DNA of 37,722 nt from an uncultured Clostridia bacterium (GTDB taxonomy: Bacteria > Bacillota > Clostridia > TANB77 > CAG-508): NCBI GenBank assembly GCA_944393435.1, contig CALYAE010000070.1, forward strand, positions 1 through 37,722, written 5' to 3'. Made by a program: the position numbers and the translations under genes. Below the pieces are notes generated by a model. That model saw only the letters and a list, made by a program, of their open reading frames with translations. It did not search any database and had not been told where the DNA came from. Below, piece by piece: positions 35,723 through 37,722 of the stretch; positions within the stretch are counted from its first letter, which is position 1; every line of letters starts with the position of its first letter.

Positions 35723-37012
35723 ATGATTGATATTAAATTTTTAAGGGAAAATCCAGAAGTTGTAAAAGAAAATATAAGAAAAAAATTTCAAGACTATAAA
35801 TTAGTATTGGTAGATGAAGTATTAGAGCTAGATCACAAAAATCGTGAAGTAAAATTAAAAGGTGATGAATTAAGAAGCAAAAGAAATGCACTCAGTAGTG
35901 AAATTGGCGTGTTTATGAAGCAAGGAAAAAAAGAAGAAGCAGAATCTTTCAAAAAACAGGTACAAGAAATTAATAAACAACTAGTGGAAAATGAAAAATT
36001 AGAAGAAGAATATAGTAGTCAGATTCAAGAAAGAATGTTAAAAATTCCAAATTTAATTGCTGATTCTGTTCCAATTGGAAAAGATGATAGTCAAAATGTA
36101 GAAATTGAAAAATTTGGTAAGCCTTTTGTTCCAAATTATGAAATTCCTTATCATACTGATATTATGGAATCTTTTTCAGGCATTGATTTAGATAGTGCAA
36201 GACGTGTTGCTGGTAATGGTTTTTACTATTTAATGGGAAATATTGCAAGATTACATTCAGCAGTTATTTCTTATGCAAGAGATTTTATGATTGCTAAAGG
36301 GTTTACTTATTGTATCCCACCTTATATGATTCGTAGTAGTGTGGTAACTGGTGTAATGAGCTTTGAAGAAATGGATGCTATGATGTATAAGATTGAAGGA
36401 GAAGATTTATATTTAATTGGTACTAGTGAACATTCTATGATTGGCAAATTTAAAGATCAAATTCTTCCTAAAGAAGAACTTCCTTATTGTATGACTTCTT
36501 ATTCTCCTTGTTTTAGAAAAGAAAAAGGTGCTCATGGAATTGAGGAACGTGGTGTTTACCGTATTCATCAATTTGAAAAACAGGAGATGATTGTAGTTTG
36601 CAACCCTGAGGATAGCTGGAACTGGTATGATAAATTATGGAGTTACACAGTAGAACTTTTTAGAAACATGGAAATTCCTGTACGCACTTTAGAGTGTTGT
36701 AGTGGAGATTTAGCTGATTTAAAGTCAAAAAGTTGTGATATTGAAGCATGGAGCCCTAGACAGCAAAAGTACTTTGAGGTTGGTAGTTGTTCTAATTTAA
36801 CAGATGCACAAGCAAGACGTCTTGGTATTCGTATTAAAGGAGAAAAAGGAAATTATTATGCTCATACTTTAAATAATACTGTGGTTGCTCCGCCTCGTAT
36901 GTTAATTGCTTTTTTGGAAAACCATTATCAAGAAGATGGAAGTATCTTTATTCCAGAAGTGCTAAGACCTTATATGGGAGGTTTAAACAAATTAGTACCT
37001 AACCCAAAATAG
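35723..37012 (+). CDS. serS: Serine-tRNA ligase
   Basis: MIDIKFLREN, LIGTSE, CFRKE, RIHQFEKQE, EVGSCSN..DAQARRL, HTLNNT. Confidence 0.96.
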   Translation: MIDIKFLRENPEVVKENIRKKFQDYKLVLVDEVLELDHKNREVKLKGDELRSKRNALSSEIGVFMKQGKKEEAESFKKQVQEINKQLVENEKLEEEYSSQIQERMLKIPNLIADSVPIGKDDSQNVEIEKFGKPFVPNYEIPYHTDIMESFSGIDLDSARRVAGNGFYYLMGNIARLHSAVISYARDFMIAKGFTYCIPPYMIRSSVVTGVMSFEEMDAMMYKIEGEDLYLIGTSEHSMIGKFKDQILPKEELPYCMTSYSPCFRKEKGAHGIEERGVYRIHQFEKQEMIVVCNPEDSWNWYDKLWSYTVELFRNMEIPVRTLECCSGDLADLKSKSCDIEAWSPRQQKYFEVGSCSNLTDAQARRLGIRIKGEKGNYYAHTLNNTVVAPPRMLIAFLENHYQEDGSIFIPEVLRPYMGGLNKLVPNPK

Positions 37013-37027
37013 AAAGGAAAAAGAAAT

Positions 37028-37621
37028 ATGGTAATAAAAAATCCAAAGTTTTATATTTCTGCGGTTAGCCCTAAGCAATATCCTAAGGATTCTCTTCCTC
37101 AAGTGGTTTTAGTAGGAAAATCTAATGTAGGAAAATCTTCCTTTATTAATACTTTAGTAAACCGCAAGAAATTAGCTAGGACAAGCAGTGAACCTGGAAA
37201 AACAAGACAAATTAATTTTTATCAAATGGATGATCGATTTTATTTTGTTGATTTGCCAGGTTATGGGTATAGTAAAATGTCTAAACAAGAGCAAATAAAA
37301 GTCGGAAATTTTATAGAAGAATATTTGAAAACAAGTACCAATATTGCGCTCATCATTTTTTTAATTGATATTCGCCATGAGCCTACTCAAAATGATGAAT
37401 TAATGTATGATTATTTGTTTCAAACCAATCTTCCTTGTATTGTAATTGCAAGTAAAGCAGACAAAATTGCAATTACTAAAGTAGATTCTGCCATCCAAAC
37501 TTTGCAAGAAATTTTAAATCCATTAAAAGATTTATGTTTTCTTCCTTTTTCTTCTGAGAGAAAAATTTATACTAAGAGAGTTTGGGAGGAAATTGAAAAA
37601 TATATTGTCAATGATTTTTGA
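37028..37621 (+). CDS. engB: Ribosome biogenesis GTPase YihA/YsxC
   Basis: GKSNVGKSS, TSSEPGKTRQINF, VDLPGYGY, KADK. Confidence 0.95.
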   Translation: MVIKNPKFYISAVSPKQYPKDSLPQVVLVGKSNVGKSSFINTLVNRKKLARTSSEPGKTRQINFYQMDDRFYFVDLPGYGYSKMSKQEQIKVGNFIEEYLKTSTNIALIIFLIDIRHEPTQNDELMYDYLFQTNLPCIVIASKADKIAITKVDSAIQTLQEILNPLKDLCFLPFSSERKIYTKRVWEEIEKYIVNDF

Positions 37622-37645
37622 AAATGTCCCAAAATTTTTTAAACA

Positions 37646-37677
37646 TTAGCCCTAAAAAATTTAGTTTTTAGGGCTAA
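37646..37677 (+). terminator. Intrinsic terminator after engB
   Basis: Perfect 13-bp arms TTAGCCCTAAAAA / TTTTTAGGGCTAA. Confidence 0.8.
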
Positions 37678-37722
37678 ATTTTAACAAACTTTTTCAAGTT
37701 CTTTTTGAATTTTTTCAACTTG

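Overview
Low-GC (roughly 30% by eye) chromosomal segment of a spore-forming Clostridia-like bacterium; the GITLIALVVT prepilin motif and Rpn gene suggest an uncultured gut lineage (inference). Most genes are housekeeping or sporulation: splB, mscS, trmB, acyl-CoA synthetase, rng, pth, three polysaccharide genes, recO-yqzL-era, a trimeric [FeFe]-hydrogenase, dgkA-ybeY-yqfD-yqfC-pdaA, a complete convergent agr locus, rluA, uvrC, glmS, bofA, serS and engB. Several signals are missing from the ORF track. (1) Three sporulation-type genes have an inverted repeat pairing their own promoter with their RBS/start, which would silence them on read-through transcripts. (2) A glycosyltransferase-like gene needs a +1 frameshift at the only in-frame CGG codon I found in a gene. 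(3) A collapsed pilin-locus copy retains a C-terminus resembling the variable region (VR) of a diversity-generating retroelement (DGR) target. (4) An Rpn gene lies between perfect 17-bp inverted repeats, lacks its nuclease core and keeps an internal RBS. (5) An unannotated AgrD has an unusually long predicted ring. (6) uvrC appears to start at ATT. (7) A REP-like palindrome family occurs at three loci. I saw no rRNA, tRNA or CRISPR array. All calls come from manual reading, with no database searches.
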